Assembly (NCBI GenBank): GCA_964276005.1
Contig: CAXYDV010000012.1
Location: 37,878 to 101,877, forward strand
DNA from: an uncultured Porticoccaceae bacterium
Lineage (GTDB): Bacteria > Pseudomonadota > Gammaproteobacteria > Pseudomonadales > Porticoccaceae
Length of the DNA stretch: 64,000 nt
Reading direction: 5' to 3'
Below, piece by piece: positions 10,660 to 22,160 of the stretch; the stretch's first letter is position 1; each line of letters begins with the position of its first letter. The notes under the pieces were generated by a model, which was given only the letters and a program-made list of their open reading frames with translations, was not told the origin of the DNA and ran no database searches. The position numbers and the translations under genes were made by a program.

Positions 10660-12198
10660 TTACTGAGAGGCAAGTGAATTGTTGTTGTGAATACCGATAA
10701 CTTGCCCTTCTTTGGGCTCGCCTGAACTGTCTTTATTTTGTTTAGCAGAGTCATTGCGCAACGCTTCAATACGATCTAAATAGGCTTTATCCACATCGCC
10801 GGTAATATAGTTACCATCAAATACTGAGCTTTCAAAACGTTTGATGCTCTCGTTGCCCTCAATACCTGAATCAATTAAATCCTGAAGATCTTGATAAATA
10901 ATCCAGTCGGCGCCAATAAGCTCACCCACTTCTTCATCGGTCCGACCATGGGCAATAAGTTCCGTTGCCGATGGCATATCGATACCATAGACATTTGGAT
11001 AGCGCACACCAGGAGCCGCTGAGGCCATATAGACTTTTTTGGCGCCTGCGTCTCGCGCCATTTGAATAATTTCTTGCGAGGTAGTGCCGCGCACAATGGA
11101 GTCATCGACCAGTAATACATTTTTGCCGGCAAATTCTAACTTAACTGCATTGAGCTTCTGGCGCACTGATTTCTTGCGCTCGGTCTGACCTGGCATAATA
11201 AAGGTGCGGCCGATATAGCGATTTTTCATAAAGCCTTCGCGCAACTTTACGCCCAGTCGCTCAGCCATCGCCTGAGCCGATACGCGGCTGGTATCTGGGA
11301 TGGGAATCACCACATCAATATCATGATCTGGCTTCTCACGGGTTAACTTATCAGCCAATTTTTCGCCCATACGCAGACGGCATTTGTAGACTGAAATATT
11401 GTCGATTAGAGAATCTGGACGGGCAAAATAAACATGCTCAAAAATACAGGGCACTAGCTCATGGTTTTTGGCGCATTGCTGTAGGTGAATCTGACCAGAC
11501 TTATCGACAAACAAGGCTTCGCCTGGATCCAGATCACGAATAAATTCAAAGCCCAGGCTGTCCAGCACCACCGATTCAGACACCACGGCATATTCAATGC
11601 CTACTTCCGTTTCACGCTTACCAAAACACAGCGGGCGAATGCCATAGGCATCGCGAAAGGCAAACATACCATAGTTGGCAATAAGACCAACCACTGCATA
11701 GGCACCACGGCAGCGCTCGTGCACATGAGTCACGGCGGCAAATATATCTTCACTGGTTGGCTCTAGTTTTCTGCGCGACTGCAGTTCATGGGCAAATACA
11801 TTGAGCAGGACTTCGGAATCGGAGTCGGTATTGAGATGGCGTAAATCATCGCGGAAAATATTGTGGCGCAACTCGGCAGCATTGGTGAGATTGCCATTGT
11901 GAGCTATAAAGATGCCGTAGGGAGAGTTGACATACATTGGTTGTGCCAGCGCTGGGCCTGAACTGCCTGCGGTCGGATAACGCACATGGCCGATACCCAC
12001 ATTGCCCACCAGACGCAACATATGCCGACGTTGAAACACATCCCGCACAAGGCCCTCGCCTTTACACTGATGCAGCTCGCCATTGGCTTCGGTCACTATG
12101 CCCGCTGCATCCTGACCGCGATGTTGCAACATGGTGAGGGCATCGTAAAGCCGCGTATTAACGTCTGAAGTTCCGGAGATTCCTACTACACCACACAT
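10660..12198 (-). CDS. purF: Amidophosphoribosyltransferase
   Basis: N-terminal MCG nucleophile, [22 protein letters not shown] loop [10 protein letters not shown]. Confidence 0.98.
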   Translation of the reverse strand: MCGVVGISGTSDVNTRLYDALTMLQHRGQDAAGIVTEANGELHQCKGEGLVRDVFQRRHMLRLVGNVGIGHVRYPTAGSSGPALAQPMYVNSPYGIFIAHNGNLTNAAELRHNIFRDDLRHLNTDSDSEVLLNVFAHELQSRRKLEPTSEDIFAAVTHVHERCRGAYAVVGLIANYGMFAFRDAYGIRPLCFGKRETEVGIEYAVVSESVVLDSLGFEFIRDLDPGEALFVDKSGQIHLQQCAKNHELVPCIFEHVYFARPDSLIDNISVYKCRLRMGEKLADKLTREKPDHDIDVVIPIPDTSRVSAQAMAERLGVKLREGFMKNRYIGRTFIMPGQTERKKSVRQKLNAVKLEFAGKNVLLVDDSIVRGTTSQEIIQMARDAGAKKVYMASAAPGVRYPNVYGIDMPSATELIAHGRTDEEVGELIGADWIIYQDLQDLIDSGIEGNESIKRFESSVFDGNYITGDVDKAYLDRIEALRNDSAKQNKDSSGEPKEGQVIGIHNNNSLASQ

Positions 12199-12201
12199 CT
12201 G

Positions 12202-12702
12202 CTATATCCAATCCGTAATAAAGTCTGTGACTGCCGTTGCCACTTCCCTGCCCCAGGCTTCGAAGCCTTGAAACAGTGGAATTAGCGATGACGCCAACCA
12301 CCAGGGATCCTGATCTACCGGCACCGCTTGCGGCAATATTATTACCAGCGCCAATACAATCAATAACCCTCTAAACACACCAAAAACTAACCCTAACGTC
12401 CTGTCCGTGCCACTCAATCCGGTTGAGCTGACTAGCTTCCCCAATAAAAAATTAACAACAGCACCCAGTAATAATGTGCCAACAAATAAACTACCCCAGG
12501 CCGCTAACTGCCTAATTGACGCCAGTGCAATGAAGTTCACCAGAAAGTCTGCCGCCGGCTCTTTAAAGTTCATGGCCACGGCAAAAGCCGCAATCCAAAT
12601 TACTAGAGACATCGCCTCTTTAACAAATCCACGCACCAGACTAATCAGACCAGAGATGCTGATAATGCCAACGATTCCCCAATCTGCTGTCGCTATATCC
12701 AT
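12202..12702 (-). CDS. cvpA: CvpA family membrane protein
   Basis: SLVRGFVKEAMSL, GLSGTDRTLGLVFG; directly upstream of purF. Confidence 0.95.
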   Translation of the reverse strand: MDIATADWGIVGIISISGLISLVRGFVKEAMSLVIWIAAFAVAMNFKEPAADFLVNFIALASIRQLAAWGSLFVGTLLLGAVVNFLLGKLVSSTGLSGTDRTLGLVFGVFRGLLIVLALVIILPQAVPVDQDPWWLASSLIPLFQGFEAWGREVATAVTDFITDWI

Positions 12703-12731
12703 TGCTATTAAGTCCAGTTGTCCTTAAGGAC

Positions 12732-13253
12732 CTAGGGTGTGTACTGCAAAACAATTGAGTCGGTTTTAAAGGCCGCATCAATTTTTGATTTGTCTTTTAC
12801 GGCTCTACGCTTATCAATTTTAGGGCCGACATAGACGCGATAGCGGGTCTTATTATTCACCGCCGCGCTTTTAATAAATGCTTTGAATTTTTCTTCGCGC
12901 AGCCGGTTCATAAATTCTTCGGCTGCGTCTTGCTTGGCAAAGCTGCTCACCTGTATCACCCAGGCATTGGGCAGGTCGCTGGCATCAAGGCCGTAGTTTT
13001 TTTCGTTACTGTCGGTAGCGGGCACAGACTTGTCGGTGTCGAAAATAGCGGATAATAATGATTTTTCTGGCACCCCTGCTGGGCGCTCCGCTTTAACTAC
13101 TTGCACAGCTTCTATTTCAGGGGCCGCAGGCAGTTTGCTGGTGCGATCTATTTTTAGCGGGTCGGCAAAATCAAACAGCACCGGTAGTATAATCAATCCG
13201 AGCGCACCTAACACAAGAGCTCCGACAATTCGCTGTTTTAAACCATCACTCAC
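12732..13253 (-). CDS. dedD: SPOR-domain cell division protein (DedD-like)
   Basis: LKQRIVGALVL N-terminal TM helix and C-terminal SPOR (WVIQVSSF...YRVYVGP); folC-dedD-cvpA synteny. Confidence 0.88.
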   Translation of the reverse strand: MSDGLKQRIVGALVLGALGLIILPVLFDFADPLKIDRTSKLPAAPEIEAVQVVKAERPAGVPEKSLLSAIFDTDKSVPATDSNEKNYGLDASDLPNAWVIQVSSFAKQDAAEEFMNRLREEKFKAFIKSAAVNNKTRYRVYVGPKIDKRRAVKDKSKIDAAFKTDSIVLQYTP

Positions 13254-14517
13254 TAGAGACCTCTGCCAAAATAATATTTAACACCGCTGCCACCGTATGA
13301 AAGGAACCAAACACCACAATTCTATCGTCTGCGGTTGCCTGCTCAAGCGCACTGTCTAGCGCCTGCCCAATGGATCCGAGTAACTGTCCTGTTCGGCCTT
13401 CATTGTATAACACTTCGAGCAGAGTTTGACCCTCACTGGCCCTCGGAGTGTCGCTTATTTGTGCAATAAACCAGTCGTCGACAACATTGCCCATGGCAGT
13501 AACTATTCCGGCCCAATCCTTATCTTCCAGTACCGAGGCAATAGCCAGAGTTCGCCCCTCTGCAACGGCCAGTTTTTGCGCTAGAGCGCTTGCTGCTGCC
13601 GGATTATGGGCAACATCTAAAATAATTTTAATGCCTTTATAGTTCAGCGCCTGATGGCGACCGGTTAAACGAACAGACTCAAGTGCTGTGCGGCTATCCT
13701 CTGGGTTGAGCGTTAAACCCGCCGATAACAGCGCCTGCAGGGCTAAGGTTTTATTAACCGGCAATAGGCCTGCGCTCGGTAGCCGATCAATTTTTAGGGG
13801 CCCTGCGTTAGAACTCAGTTCAGCGCTAAAAGAAGGCTCATCTGTGTAGGAAAAATCGCGCCCAACATAAAGAGCATCGGCACCTGTATCTAACACCATC
13901 TGCTCAAAGCCCTGAGGATAATCCTGCTCGCCAATAATCAGTGGGCGATTGGCTCTGGCAATGCCGATCTTCTCGCCAGCAATGGCCTCTCTGGTGTCGC
14001 CCAACCAATCTTGATGGTCCAGCGCAATACTGGTGACCACGGCAACATCAGCATCAATAATATTAATCGCGTCCAAGCGGCCACCCAGCCCTACTTCTAG
14101 AAGCATCACATCGGGACTGGCATCTCTAAACACCAACAGAGCTGCCAATGTACCAAACTCAAAATAGGTTAATGATATATCGCCCCTGACCGCCTCTATC
14201 TGCTCGAAGGCAGCGACAATTAACTGGTCTGACACTGGCTTGCCCGCAAGACAGATGCGCTCGTTATAGGTTAAAAAATGCGGTGAGGTAAACATACCGA
14301 CAGAATAGCCATGCTCTAACAGCAAAGCCTGCATGCTGGCGATACAGGAACCTTTGCCATTGGTACCGGCAACCGTAATTGCTATTGAGTGGTTAGATTC
14401 TGTGGTGGCTTGCAGTCGCTGCCAGACGTCGTTGACCCTGCCCAACCCCAGCTCTATTTCACTGGGGTGTCTGCTCTCCAACAGGGCCAACCATTCCGCT
14501 AAACAGCGGTTAGGCAT
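13246..14517 (-). CDS. folC: Bifunctional folylpolyglutamate/dihydrofolate synthase
   Basis: [31 protein letters not shown]. Confidence 0.96.
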   Translation of the reverse strand: MPNRCLAEWLALLESRHPSEIELGLGRVNDVWQRLQATTESNHSIAITVAGTNGKGSCIASMQALLLEHGYSVGMFTSPHFLTYNERICLAGKPVSDQLIVAAFEQIEAVRGDISLTYFEFGTLAALLVFRDASPDVMLLEVGLGGRLDAINIIDADVAVVTSIALDHQDWLGDTREAIAGEKIGIARANRPLIIGEQDYPQGFEQMVLDTGADALYVGRDFSYTDEPSFSAELSSNAGPLKIDRLPSAGLLPVNKTLALQALLSAGLTLNPEDSRTALESVRLTGRHQALNYKGIKIILDVAHNPAAASALAQKLAVAEGRTLAIASVLEDKDWAGIVTAMGNVVDDWFIAQISDTPRASEGQTLLEVLYNEGRTGQLLGSIGQALDSALEQATADDRIVVFGSFHTVAAVLNIILAEVSSE

Positions 14518-15379
14518 CGACGGGTTCTGGCACGTTGATGAGCTTAGATAGGATGCTACCGAGTCGATCGCGCATCTGGTGGCGAGAAATAATCATATCG
14601 ATATGACCTTTCTCCAGCAAAAACTCACTGCGCTGGAAACCTTTAGGCAGCTTTTGACGGATGGTCTGTTCAATAATATTGGGACCCGCGAAACCTGCTC
14701 GGGCGCCAGGTTCTGCAATATTTAAATCACCCAGCATCGCCAGACTGGCGGAGACACCGCCGTAAACGGGATCGGTCATGACCGAAATGTAAGGCACGCC
14801 AGCAGCACTTAAGCGCTCTAGTACGGCACTGGTTTTGGCCATTTGCATCAATGAGATTAGGGCTTCTTGCATACGCGCTCCGCCGGTAGCTGAGAAGCAG
14901 ATAAACGGGCGCTTTTCAGCCAGCGCCAAGTTCGCAGCACGGGTAAATTTCTCGCCGACCGCATAGCCCATAGAGCCGCCGTGAAAGGCAAACTCAAAGG
15001 CGACTGCCACTACAGGGAGCCCCTTAACACTGCCGCTCATGGCAATCAGAGCATCTTTCTCACCGGTTTTTTTCTGTGCTTCGGTGAGACGATCTTTGTA
15101 CTTTTTAATATCGCGAAATTTGAGCCGATCAATGGCTTCTACATCTTCTGCCACTTCTGTGCGACCCTGCTCATCGAGGAATACATCCAGACGACGGCGG
15201 GCACCGATACGCATATGGTGCTCACATTTTGGGCACACATCGAGATTGCGCTCTAATTCGGGGCGGTAGAGAGGAGAGGCACATTTGGGGCATTTTTTCC
15301 ATAGCCCTTCGGGCACGGAATTTGAGCGCTCTGCACTGCTTGAGGGCCCTTTGGGTCTAATTTTGTTCAGCCAGTTCAT
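14510..15379 (-). CDS. accD: Acetyl-CoA carboxylase carboxyltransferase beta subunit
   Basis: Zinc finger CPKC...CPKC, GGSMG, GGARMQE, GGVSAS, FAGP. Confidence 0.97.
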   Translation of the reverse strand: MNWLNKIRPKGPSSSAERSNSVPEGLWKKCPKCASPLYRPELERNLDVCPKCEHHMRIGARRRLDVFLDEQGRTEVAEDVEAIDRLKFRDIKKYKDRLTEAQKKTGEKDALIAMSGSVKGLPVVAVAFEFAFHGGSMGYAVGEKFTRAANLALAEKRPFICFSATGGARMQEALISLMQMAKTSAVLERLSAAGVPYISVMTDPVYGGVSASLAMLGDLNIAEPGARAGFAGPNIIEQTIRQKLPKGFQRSEFLLEKGHIDMIISRHQMRDRLGSILSKLINVPEPVDA

Positions 15380-15488
15380 CTATTTCCCTTAAGCTAACCA
15401 ATGGCTACAGTTGGTACTCGAAAACGCTATAGTACCGAAGACGGGCATTCTAACATGACAATTTCATGATGGATAAGGCCTGCGCAAT

Positions 15489-16121
15489 TTATTTATTAAC
15501 CACAGTCGCTTCTTTCGCATGCCGAACAAAAGCCGCCACCTTAGCTCGGTCTTTGATACCAGGAGATGACTCGACACCACCACTGACATCGACCATATCA
15601 GGCCTCACCAAACGCACCGCCTCGGCAACATTGTCAGGGTTTAAACCTCCGGCCAAGATAAGCGGATAATCTGTTGATGTGGGCAGTCGACTCCAGTCAA
15701 ATTGATGCCCTGTACCACCGTATTGACCTTCACTCCAGGCATCGAATAAGAAGCCGCCCTCGGCATGGTACGCGCTTACCTCCGCATCAATATCCAGACC
15801 CTCGCGCATGCGAATGGCACGAATATAGGGAAAGTTAAACTGTTGACAAAATACGGGGCTTTCATCGCCATGAAACTGCAGCAGATCCGGTTTTACCTGC
15901 TTAATAACCTCATGCACCAACGCTTCGTCCGCATTGACCAACAACACCACGCACTGGGTCTTGGGGCCAATAACCTGACGAATTTGCACGGCGCGCTGTA
16001 CATCGACATATCTTGAACTTTTGGGGTAGATCACCAGACCCAATAGATCGGCGCCAGCATCTTGCGCCATAAGCGCCTGCTCTGGTGAGGTAATACCACA
16101 AATTTTTACACGTACTGACAT
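15489..16121 (-). CDS. trpF: Phosphoribosylanthranilate isomerase
   Basis: RVKICGIT, QFHGDE, GGTGHQFDW, LAGGLNPDNV, DVSGGVE. Confidence 0.96.
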   Translation of the reverse strand: MSVRVKICGITSPEQALMAQDAGADLLGLVIYPKSSRYVDVQRAVQIRQVIGPKTQCVVLLVNADEALVHEVIKQVKPDLLQFHGDESPVFCQQFNFPYIRAIRMREGLDIDAEVSAYHAEGGFLFDAWSEGQYGGTGHQFDWSRLPTSTDYPLILAGGLNPDNVAEAVRLVRPDMVDVSGGVESSPGIKDRAKVAAFVRHAKEATVVNK

Positions 16122-16136
16122 ACTGACAAGTCTACT

Positions 16137-17006
16137 CTAACTATTATGAGAAAGTTGGTCTGGCAAAAATAGAGGGCCACGGGGCAAATTTGGAATACCC
16201 AGTTTATCTGGATAACGCACATCGACAAGATATAAACCATTGGGCGCTGCTGTTGCTGCACTTTTACAGCGATCGCCCTCCGCGAGTAATTTTTTTATCC
16301 AGCCTGGCTCTTGACGACCAAAACCAACTTCCATCAATGACCCAATCATATTGCGCACCATATGCAAGACAAAGGCATTGGCAGTCACCTCAAACACCAG
16401 CAACTGCCCATGCTGGTAAATATTAGCACTGGTAACATTGCGAAATGGCGATAGTGACTGGCAGCCAGCACCACGGAAAGCAGAGAAATCCTGCTCACCC
16501 AATAAATGCGTACAGGCTAGCTGCATGGCTGCGGCATTTAAAGGGTATTTAACCCAGGTCACAGCCTGAGAGAAAATGCCCGGACGTGCTTCACTGGCAG
16601 CTATCACATAGCGATAGGTGCGCGCCGTGGCACTAAAACGGGCATGGAAGACAGCCGCAACTTGGTCGGCCCACACCAATGAAATACTGTCTGGCAGCTG
16701 ACTATTAGCACCCTTTATCCAGTTGCGGCCGGTTCGATCTGCTTCGCTATCAAAGTGCACCACCTGATGGCTGGCATGCACAGCACTGTCGGTGCGCCCA
16801 GCACAGCTGAGTACTAACGGGCTATTGGCAACATAGCTCAGAGCTCGCTCTAACTCGGCCTGAACCGATGGGCTGTGCTTTTGTTTTTGAAAGCCACAAA
16901 AAGCACTGCCGTCGTATTGAACAACGGCAGCGTAGCGTTTGATTCCATCGGGAAGACTCTGGTCTTCGGGAATCTTGCAGTTAGGGGTATAAACCCATTT
17001 AGACAC
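16137..17006 (-). CDS. truA: tRNA pseudouridine(38-40) synthase
   Basis: YDGSAFCGFQ, CAGRTDSAVHA, FHARFSATARTYRY, ANAFVLHMVRN. Confidence 0.96.
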   Translation of the reverse strand: MSKWVYTPNCKIPEDQSLPDGIKRYAAVVQYDGSAFCGFQKQKHSPSVQAELERALSYVANSPLVLSCAGRTDSAVHASHQVVHFDSEADRTGRNWIKGANSQLPDSISLVWADQVAAVFHARFSATARTYRYVIAASEARPGIFSQAVTWVKYPLNAAAMQLACTHLLGEQDFSAFRGAGCQSLSPFRNVTSANIYQHGQLLVFEVTANAFVLHMVRNMIGSLMEVGFGRQEPGWIKKLLAEGDRCKSAATAAPNGLYLVDVRYPDKLGIPNLPRGPLFLPDQLSHNS

Positions 17007-17008
17007 GT

Positions 17009-19369
17009 CTATAGACTCTCTAATACTGCCCGGGCCTTGGCCTGACCCTGTGCATCAGATTCACCAATAATCTCCTCAAGAATTTCCCGCGCACCTTCCG
17101 GGTCACCCATTTCAATATAGGCGTTGGCCAAATCCAGCTTCACATCAGCCGCATTGATATCTTCTGCGCTACCGTAGTCTTCAAAGTTATCGAGATCAGT
17201 CGAGACACTTTCACTAACAGTCTGTTGAAGCTCTGCCGCACCTGGCAGCTGAATACCGGCATCTACCTCTGCTTCAGAACTCATCTCATCTGAGAATATA
17301 CCGCCATCCATAAAGTTAGCATCGAAATCACCGGCCAGCACTGACTCATCTAAGGCGTCGGTTTCAATGTCGCCACCCGACTCCAATACATCTTCCAGCA
17401 GATCCGAAATATCAACTTCTGCAACGACTTCCGGCTCGGCAGGCTGAGCTTCCTGGGACACTTCTGTTTCTGCAGGCTCTTCAGTTGCTAAAGTCTCGTC
17501 AACCTCTAGAGGTGGTTCACTTTTCAGCGGTTCTTCAAGCTCCGCGGGGTCCTCTAACTCTTGCCGCTGTTCATCAGGCTGAGGAATACCTTCAACAATA
17601 TTGGCAACCACTTCCTGTTCAGGGCCGAGAATAACCGAGGCCATCGCTGTGGCCATTTCATCGCCAGTCTGCTCAATCTCGGCATAGATACCTTTTAGCT
17701 CGTCTCTGCGATCTTCTCTAAAGAATATTTCCATCAGCTTTAGACGCGATGCAGTATCTGCAGCATCAGCGGCACGGGCTTCTTCGAGAACCTCCACCGC
17801 CTGCTCTAAATTACCTAGCGATAGATACACCTCAGCTTCGGCAACAGCCTCAACCATAGAATCAAAAAGCTCAGAACTGACTTCTCCATCTGCTTCAGGG
17901 AAGATCTCTGTGTCGGTCTCATCAAATAGATTATCTTCCGGATTTAGTTCCAAACCATCGAGATCGTCGACCAATAAATTAGCGCCAGTGTTAACTGCAG
18001 GCTCTTTATCATAGTCCTGATAGCCCTGCTCACTGTCCCTAGCCAGCGTTTCCTCGCCAAGCGGTTGATCAAGGTCAGGCTCTTTATTGGTTTTTGAGCG
18101 GCGCAATAACAGCACCAGCAATAGGACAATCAGTGCAACTAATGCCCAAATATACCGAGGCTGATTCTCTAACTGCTCAGCTAAACTCGCTGGCTTATTT
18201 GGCTTGGCCGTCTTAGCTGGAACTGGAGCAGCTGTTGCCACCTCAGATTCAGTATCACCCGCGACCGCGGCTTGGGTTTCAGTCACTGCGGCCAAATCGC
18301 TCATCAGGTCGATCTGCGCTTCCAATAAGGCCATACGCTCGCGCAGCTCAATGTTTTCTAGCTCTGCTCTATTTTGCTCCTCTTGAGCAATGGCAAGGTC
18401 AGTGGCCAGCTGCTCAACATCATCACCGCCGCTGGCAGCCGCATCCGTCGAGTCAGCTTCTTCATTGGCAGTGCCACGGGCCTCAGCAGAATTTGCAGAC
18501 TCATCTAGGGCAGAGGCAAGTTCTAAGCGCCCGGCACTGACGCCATCCTCAACGCTATTTGCAAAAATATCGTTATCTAGAGCGCTATCATCAAACCCAT
18601 CATTCGCAAGCTCAGGTGCCAGTGTCGGCCGCTCCTCAGTCAGACCGATTTGCGCCGCGACTATATCGCCTGCTTCTTCTTTAATTTCATTATAGGAAGG
18701 CAAACGAAGAACCGCCCCTTCCTTCATTTTATTTGCATCACCATCGACGAAAGCGCTGGGGTTTTGGCTGTACAGGGCATCCATGGTTTGTAAGATAGTT
18801 GAGCCGCGAGGTCGCAGGCGCTTGGAAACATTCCACAAGGTGTCGCCTATTACCACTCGATGGGCACCGTCTGCCAGCTTTTGCTTAGCCACCCTGATGG
18901 TTGTGTTAGACGATACCGCGGCAACGTCCGTTGATTCCGCGAGCGTTTCTTCGCCGCTATAAATAGGTAAATCTAGCAGCAGTGTATATTCTCGCACTAG
19001 GCGCCCGGCGGGCCATTCCAATTGCACCAGAAAATCAAGATAGGGCTCAAGAATTGGCCCTTCGCTGGTTACTTTGACAACCGTTTCATCCGCCGCATTG
19101 GTGTCGATAGAAAGCGTTAACTGGGTAAGATAATAATCGCGGGTAACGCCTGCCTGAGCAAAAGCTGCTGCAGGTGCCAGTTGAACCGAGAGCAAATCTT
19201 CGTCAATGCTCTCTATATTAGTCAGCGCTATCTCTGCATCCAAAGGTTCATTGAGCGCCGACTTAAGCGCAATATCCCCAAGCCCGACTGCAATTGCTGA
19301 GGTTGCATATAACAGCGTCGCCAGCCCTGATGCTATTGCCAGTTTGATCGACCATTGCTTGGTTATCAT
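17009..19369 (-). CDS. fimV: FimV/HubP family polar landmark protein
   Basis: GLGDIALKSALNEPLDAEI, LysM (GDTLWNVS), coiled coil, TM helix, acidic tail, TPR-like region and C-terminal KLDLANAYIEMGDPEGAREIL. ATG at 19369 assumed. Confidence 0.92.
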   Translation of the reverse strand: MITKQWSIKLAIASGLATLLYATSAIAVGLGDIALKSALNEPLDAEIALTNIESIDEDLLSVQLAPAAAFAQAGVTRDYYLTQLTLSIDTNAADETVVKVTSEGPILEPYLDFLVQLEWPAGRLVREYTLLLDLPIYSGEETLAESTDVAAVSSNTTIRVAKQKLADGAHRVVIGDTLWNVSKRLRPRGSTILQTMDALYSQNPSAFVDGDANKMKEGAVLRLPSYNEIKEEAGDIVAAQIGLTEERPTLAPELANDGFDDSALDNDIFANSVEDGVSAGRLELASALDESANSAEARGTANEEADSTDAAASGGDDVEQLATDLAIAQEEQNRAELENIELRERMALLEAQIDLMSDLAAVTETQAAVAGDTESEVATAAPVPAKTAKPNKPASLAEQLENQPRYIWALVALIVLLLVLLLRRSKTNKEPDLDQPLGEETLARDSEQGYQDYDKEPAVNTGANLLVDDLDGLELNPEDNLFDETDTEIFPEADGEVSSELFDSMVEAVAEAEVYLSLGNLEQAVEVLEEARAADAADTASRLKLMEIFFREDRRDELKGIYAEIEQTGDEMATAMASVILGPEQEVVANIVEGIPQPDEQRQELEDPAELEEPLKSEPPLEVDETLATEEPAETEVSQEAQPAEPEVVAEVDISDLLEDVLESGGDIETDALDESVLAGDFDANFMDGGIFSDEMSSEAEVDAGIQLPGAAELQQTVSESVSTDLDNFEDYGSAEDINAADVKLDLANAYIEMGDPEGAREILEEIIGESDAQGQAKARAVLESL

Positions 19370-19515
19370 AGTTTTCTGCCCGTTAAGCACGATTAGTAAG
19401 CTCAGAATCTGCAGCCCTGAATTCCTTTCGATTAGCCTTTGGTTAAATTCTAGAGATTGCAGAGAAATATTCTAGTCAAAGTAACATTATTTTTGCGAAT
19501 AACCCCGAAAACCCA

Positions 19516-19558
19516 TAAAAAAGGGCTTATCACTGAATTTCCTCAGTAAAAAGCCCTT
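19516..19558 (-). terminator. Probable intrinsic terminator after asd
   Basis: AAGGGCTT (19521-28) with AAGCCCTT (19551-58) plus inner ACTGA/TCAGT; the A-tract on the left gives a U-tract on the minus strand. Confidence 0.55.
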
Positions 19559-19606
19559 AGCGATTGATCAAAAGCCCTTGGCGGCTTATACAAAACTCAT
19601 ATGAAA

Positions 19607-20716
19607 TTAGTCGATAAGAATTCTCAGCATACGACGCAAGGGTTCAGCAGCGCCCCACAGCAACTGATCACCTACGGTAAATGCAGACAGATACTGATCG
19701 CCCATATTCATCTTACGCAAGCGCCCGACAGGCACATCTAAGTCGCCGGTTACTGCGGCAGGTGTTAGATGGGCGACAGAAGATTCCTTATCGTTAGGAA
19801 TAACCTTGGCCCATTGATTGGCCTCAGCCAGCATGGACTCAATCTCATCCATAGGCACATCCCTAGCCAGCTTAATGGTCAACGCCTGACTATGGCAGCG
19901 CATAGAGCCAATACGCACACACAGGCCATCCAGCGGTATTGGGTTACCTTCACGGTTAAGAATTTTGTTCGTCTCCGCCTGATTCTTCCACTCTTCACGA
20001 CTCTGACCGTTTTCAAGCTGAGAGTCTATATAAGGTAGCAGACTGCCCGCTAATGGGTAACCCCAGTTATCAACGGGAAAACCATCGCTGCGCAGGGTTT
20101 CAGTGACCTGACGATCAATATCGAGAATCGCCGATGAGGGATTAGCCAACGCATCAGATACCGACCCCTTAATCACACCCATCTGATTAATAAGCTCGCG
20201 CATATTCTGGGCACCAGCACCAGATGCCGCTTGATAGGTCATAGACGAAGCCCATTCCACCAGGTTGGCATTAAATAGGCCGCCTAGACTCATTAGCATT
20301 AAACTGACGGTGCAATTGCCGCCAATAAAGTCTTTTACGCCATTTGCCAAGCCATCTTTAATCACATTCGTATTGACGGGATCGAGAACAATAATTGAGC
20401 TGTCTTCCATACGCAGCGCCGAGGCGGCATCAATCCAGTAGCCATCCCAACCTGCTTTTCGTAGCTGTGGGTACACCTCTTTGGTGTAATCGCCACCCTG
20501 ACAGGTAACAATAATATCCATCTGCTGCAGCGCTTCTATATCGAAGGCACTTTGCAATAATGGTATTTCCACACCCACATCTGGGCCTGTCTGACCGGCT
20601 TGGGAGGTGGTAAAAAATATTGGCTCAATGTGGGCGAAGTCACTTTCTTCACGCATTCTGTCCATCAGCACAGATCCAACCATGCCGCGCCAACCTATAA
20701 ATCCTGTTTTTTTCAT
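19607..20716 (-). CDS. asd: Aspartate-semialdehyde dehydrogenase
   Basis: [18 protein letters not shown] catalytic Cys, [25 protein letters not shown]. Confidence 0.98.
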   Translation of the reverse strand: MKKTGFIGWRGMVGSVLMDRMREESDFAHIEPIFFTTSQAGQTGPDVGVEIPLLQSAFDIEALQQMDIIVTCQGGDYTKEVYPQLRKAGWDGYWIDAASALRMEDSSIIVLDPVNTNVIKDGLANGVKDFIGGNCTVSLMLMSLGGLFNANLVEWASSMTYQAASGAGAQNMRELINQMGVIKGSVSDALANPSSAILDIDRQVTETLRSDGFPVDNWGYPLAGSLLPYIDSQLENGQSREEWKNQAETNKILNREGNPIPLDGLCVRIGSMRCHSQALTIKLARDVPMDEIESMLAEANQWAKVIPNDKESSVAHLTPAAVTGDLDVPVGRLRKMNMGDQYLSAFTVGDQLLWGAAEPLRRMLRILID

Positions 20717-20863
20717 GTGTCTAAACCTTTAGTAAATACTTTGATTCTTGGCATCAAAAAATTGCATATTGCCAGTGTAAATTAGACTCGAGCAATCTAA
20801 ACAGCCTCCTCAAGCCATCAAGCCAGCGCCTCAATCAGATCAAAAAAACGCTCGATCTTGAAG

Positions 20864-21067
20864 CAAAGCCATGGAGAGCCTTTACGATCAATCAGGGCCC
20901 GCTTATGGGTGCAGTCATTTTCAGAAAAAGAGAGCACCCTGTCTGAGCGAAGCGAGTTGTGCGAACGCTGAAAATGATTGTAGCCATGGGGCCGATCGTA
21001 AAGGCTCTCCATGGCTTTGGGTGCTCCGATTCCAAAGACGCTTAGCATCCCGCGCGAAGCGCTTTGG
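20864..21067. repeat. Long palindromic intergenic element (MITE/REP-like): 156-bp hairpin plus a second 36-bp hairpin
   Basis: Perfect 26-bp inverted repeat 20864-20889 / 20994-21019, inner perfect 10-bp pair 20915-24 / 20968-77, second hairpin CCAAAG(A)CGCTT...AAGCG-CTTTGG at 21032-21067. Confidence 0.85.
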
Positions 21068-21086
21068 GTACAGGGTGACAATGCAA

Positions 21087-22160
21087 TTAGAGTGCAGCCA
21101 CCACCGCATCGCCCATTTCAACAGTTCCTACTCTAGTCATTCCATCCGTATAAATATCACCAGTCCGTAATCCCTGATCCAGCACATCACTCACTGCCTT
21201 TTCAATCGCAACCGCCGCCTCAACCGCATCCAGCGAGTAACGCAACATCATCGCCACCGACAGAATAGTCGCCAATGGATTAGCCACACCCTGCCCCGCA
21301 ATATCCGGTGCAGACCCATGACAGGGCTCATACATACCACCACCATCTTTATCCAGTGATGCCGAAGGCAACATACCAATCGAGCCCGTTAACATCGCCG
21401 CCGTGTCCGACAAAATATCGCCAAACATATTGCCTGTCACCACCACATCAAACTGCTTGGGCTCCTTCACCAACTGCATCGCGGCGTTATCCACATACAT
21501 ATGACTCAACGCCACCTCAGGGTAGTCCGCCGCCATATCACTGATAATCTCGCGCCATAGTATCGTCGCTTCCAACACATTGGACTTGTCCACCGAGCAA
21601 AGACGCTTGCCACGCACCATAGCCGCTTCGAAAGCCATCTTGCCAATACGACGAATCTCAGACTCATTGTATTTATAGGTGTTGAAGCCCTCTCGCTCGC
21701 CATTTTCTAAGGTGCGAATACCACGGGGCTCACCAAAGTAAATACCACCGACTAACTCGCGCACAATCAGAATATCCAAGCCTGAAACAAACTCAGGCTT
21801 AAGCGAAGACGCATGAGCCAACTGCGGGTACATGATTGCCGGGCGCAAATTACCAAATAGATCCAGCTCAGAGCGAATGGTCAACAGACCTTTTTCCGGG
21901 CGCAGATGACGTTCAACATCATCCCACTGCGGGCCACCTACAGCGCCAAGCAAAATAGCGTCTGAGGCACGGGCCTTATCCAATGTCTCTTCGGGACAGG
22001 GTTCGCCGACCGCATCCAGAGCTGCACCACCTAGATGGGCGTAATCAAGTTCAATGCCTAGATCGAACTGCTCGCTAACCCGCTCCAATACCTTAACCGC
22101 TTCAGTAACAATTTCTGGGCCAATATTATCCCCAGGCAATACCAATACTTTCTTACTCAT
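21087..22160 (-). CDS. leuB: 3-isopropylmalate dehydrogenase
   Basis: [45 protein letters not shown]. Confidence 0.98.
   Translation of the reverse strand: MSKKVLVLPGDNIGPEIVTEAVKVLERVSEQFDLGIELDYAHLGGAALDAVGEPCPEETLDKARASDAILLGAVGGPQWDDVERHLRPEKGLLTIRSELDLFGNLRPAIMYPQLAHASSLKPEFVSGLDILIVRELVGGIYFGEPRGIRTLENGEREGFNTYKYNESEIRRIGKMAFEAAMVRGKRLCSVDKSNVLEATILWREIISDMAADYPEVALSHMYVDNAAMQLVKEPKQFDVVVTGNMFGDILSDTAAMLTGSIGMLPSASLDKDGGGMYEPCHGSAPDIAGQGVANPLATILSVAMMLRYSLDAVEAAVAIEKAVSDVLDQGLRTGDIYTDGMTRVGTVEMGDAVVAAL

Noticed and set aside
15380-15488. Absence of trpB/trpA between trpF and accD, and of a second asd-like gene before fimV
   Set aside because: trpF-accD adjacency is the usual pseudomonad-type order, and I see no gene remnants.
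17009-19369. Acidic low-complexity region of FimV and the Gly/Asn/Arg-rich tail of RhlE as novel repeats
   Set aside because: Both are normal features of these families, and I found no regular DNA periodicity.
20818-21170. Three small ORFs (87, 99 and 66 aa) across the leuB-asd gap
   Set aside because: They read through the palindromic element on both strands and show the same peptide (MESLYD..., DRKGSPWL) because of the inverted repeat; no RBS or family support.
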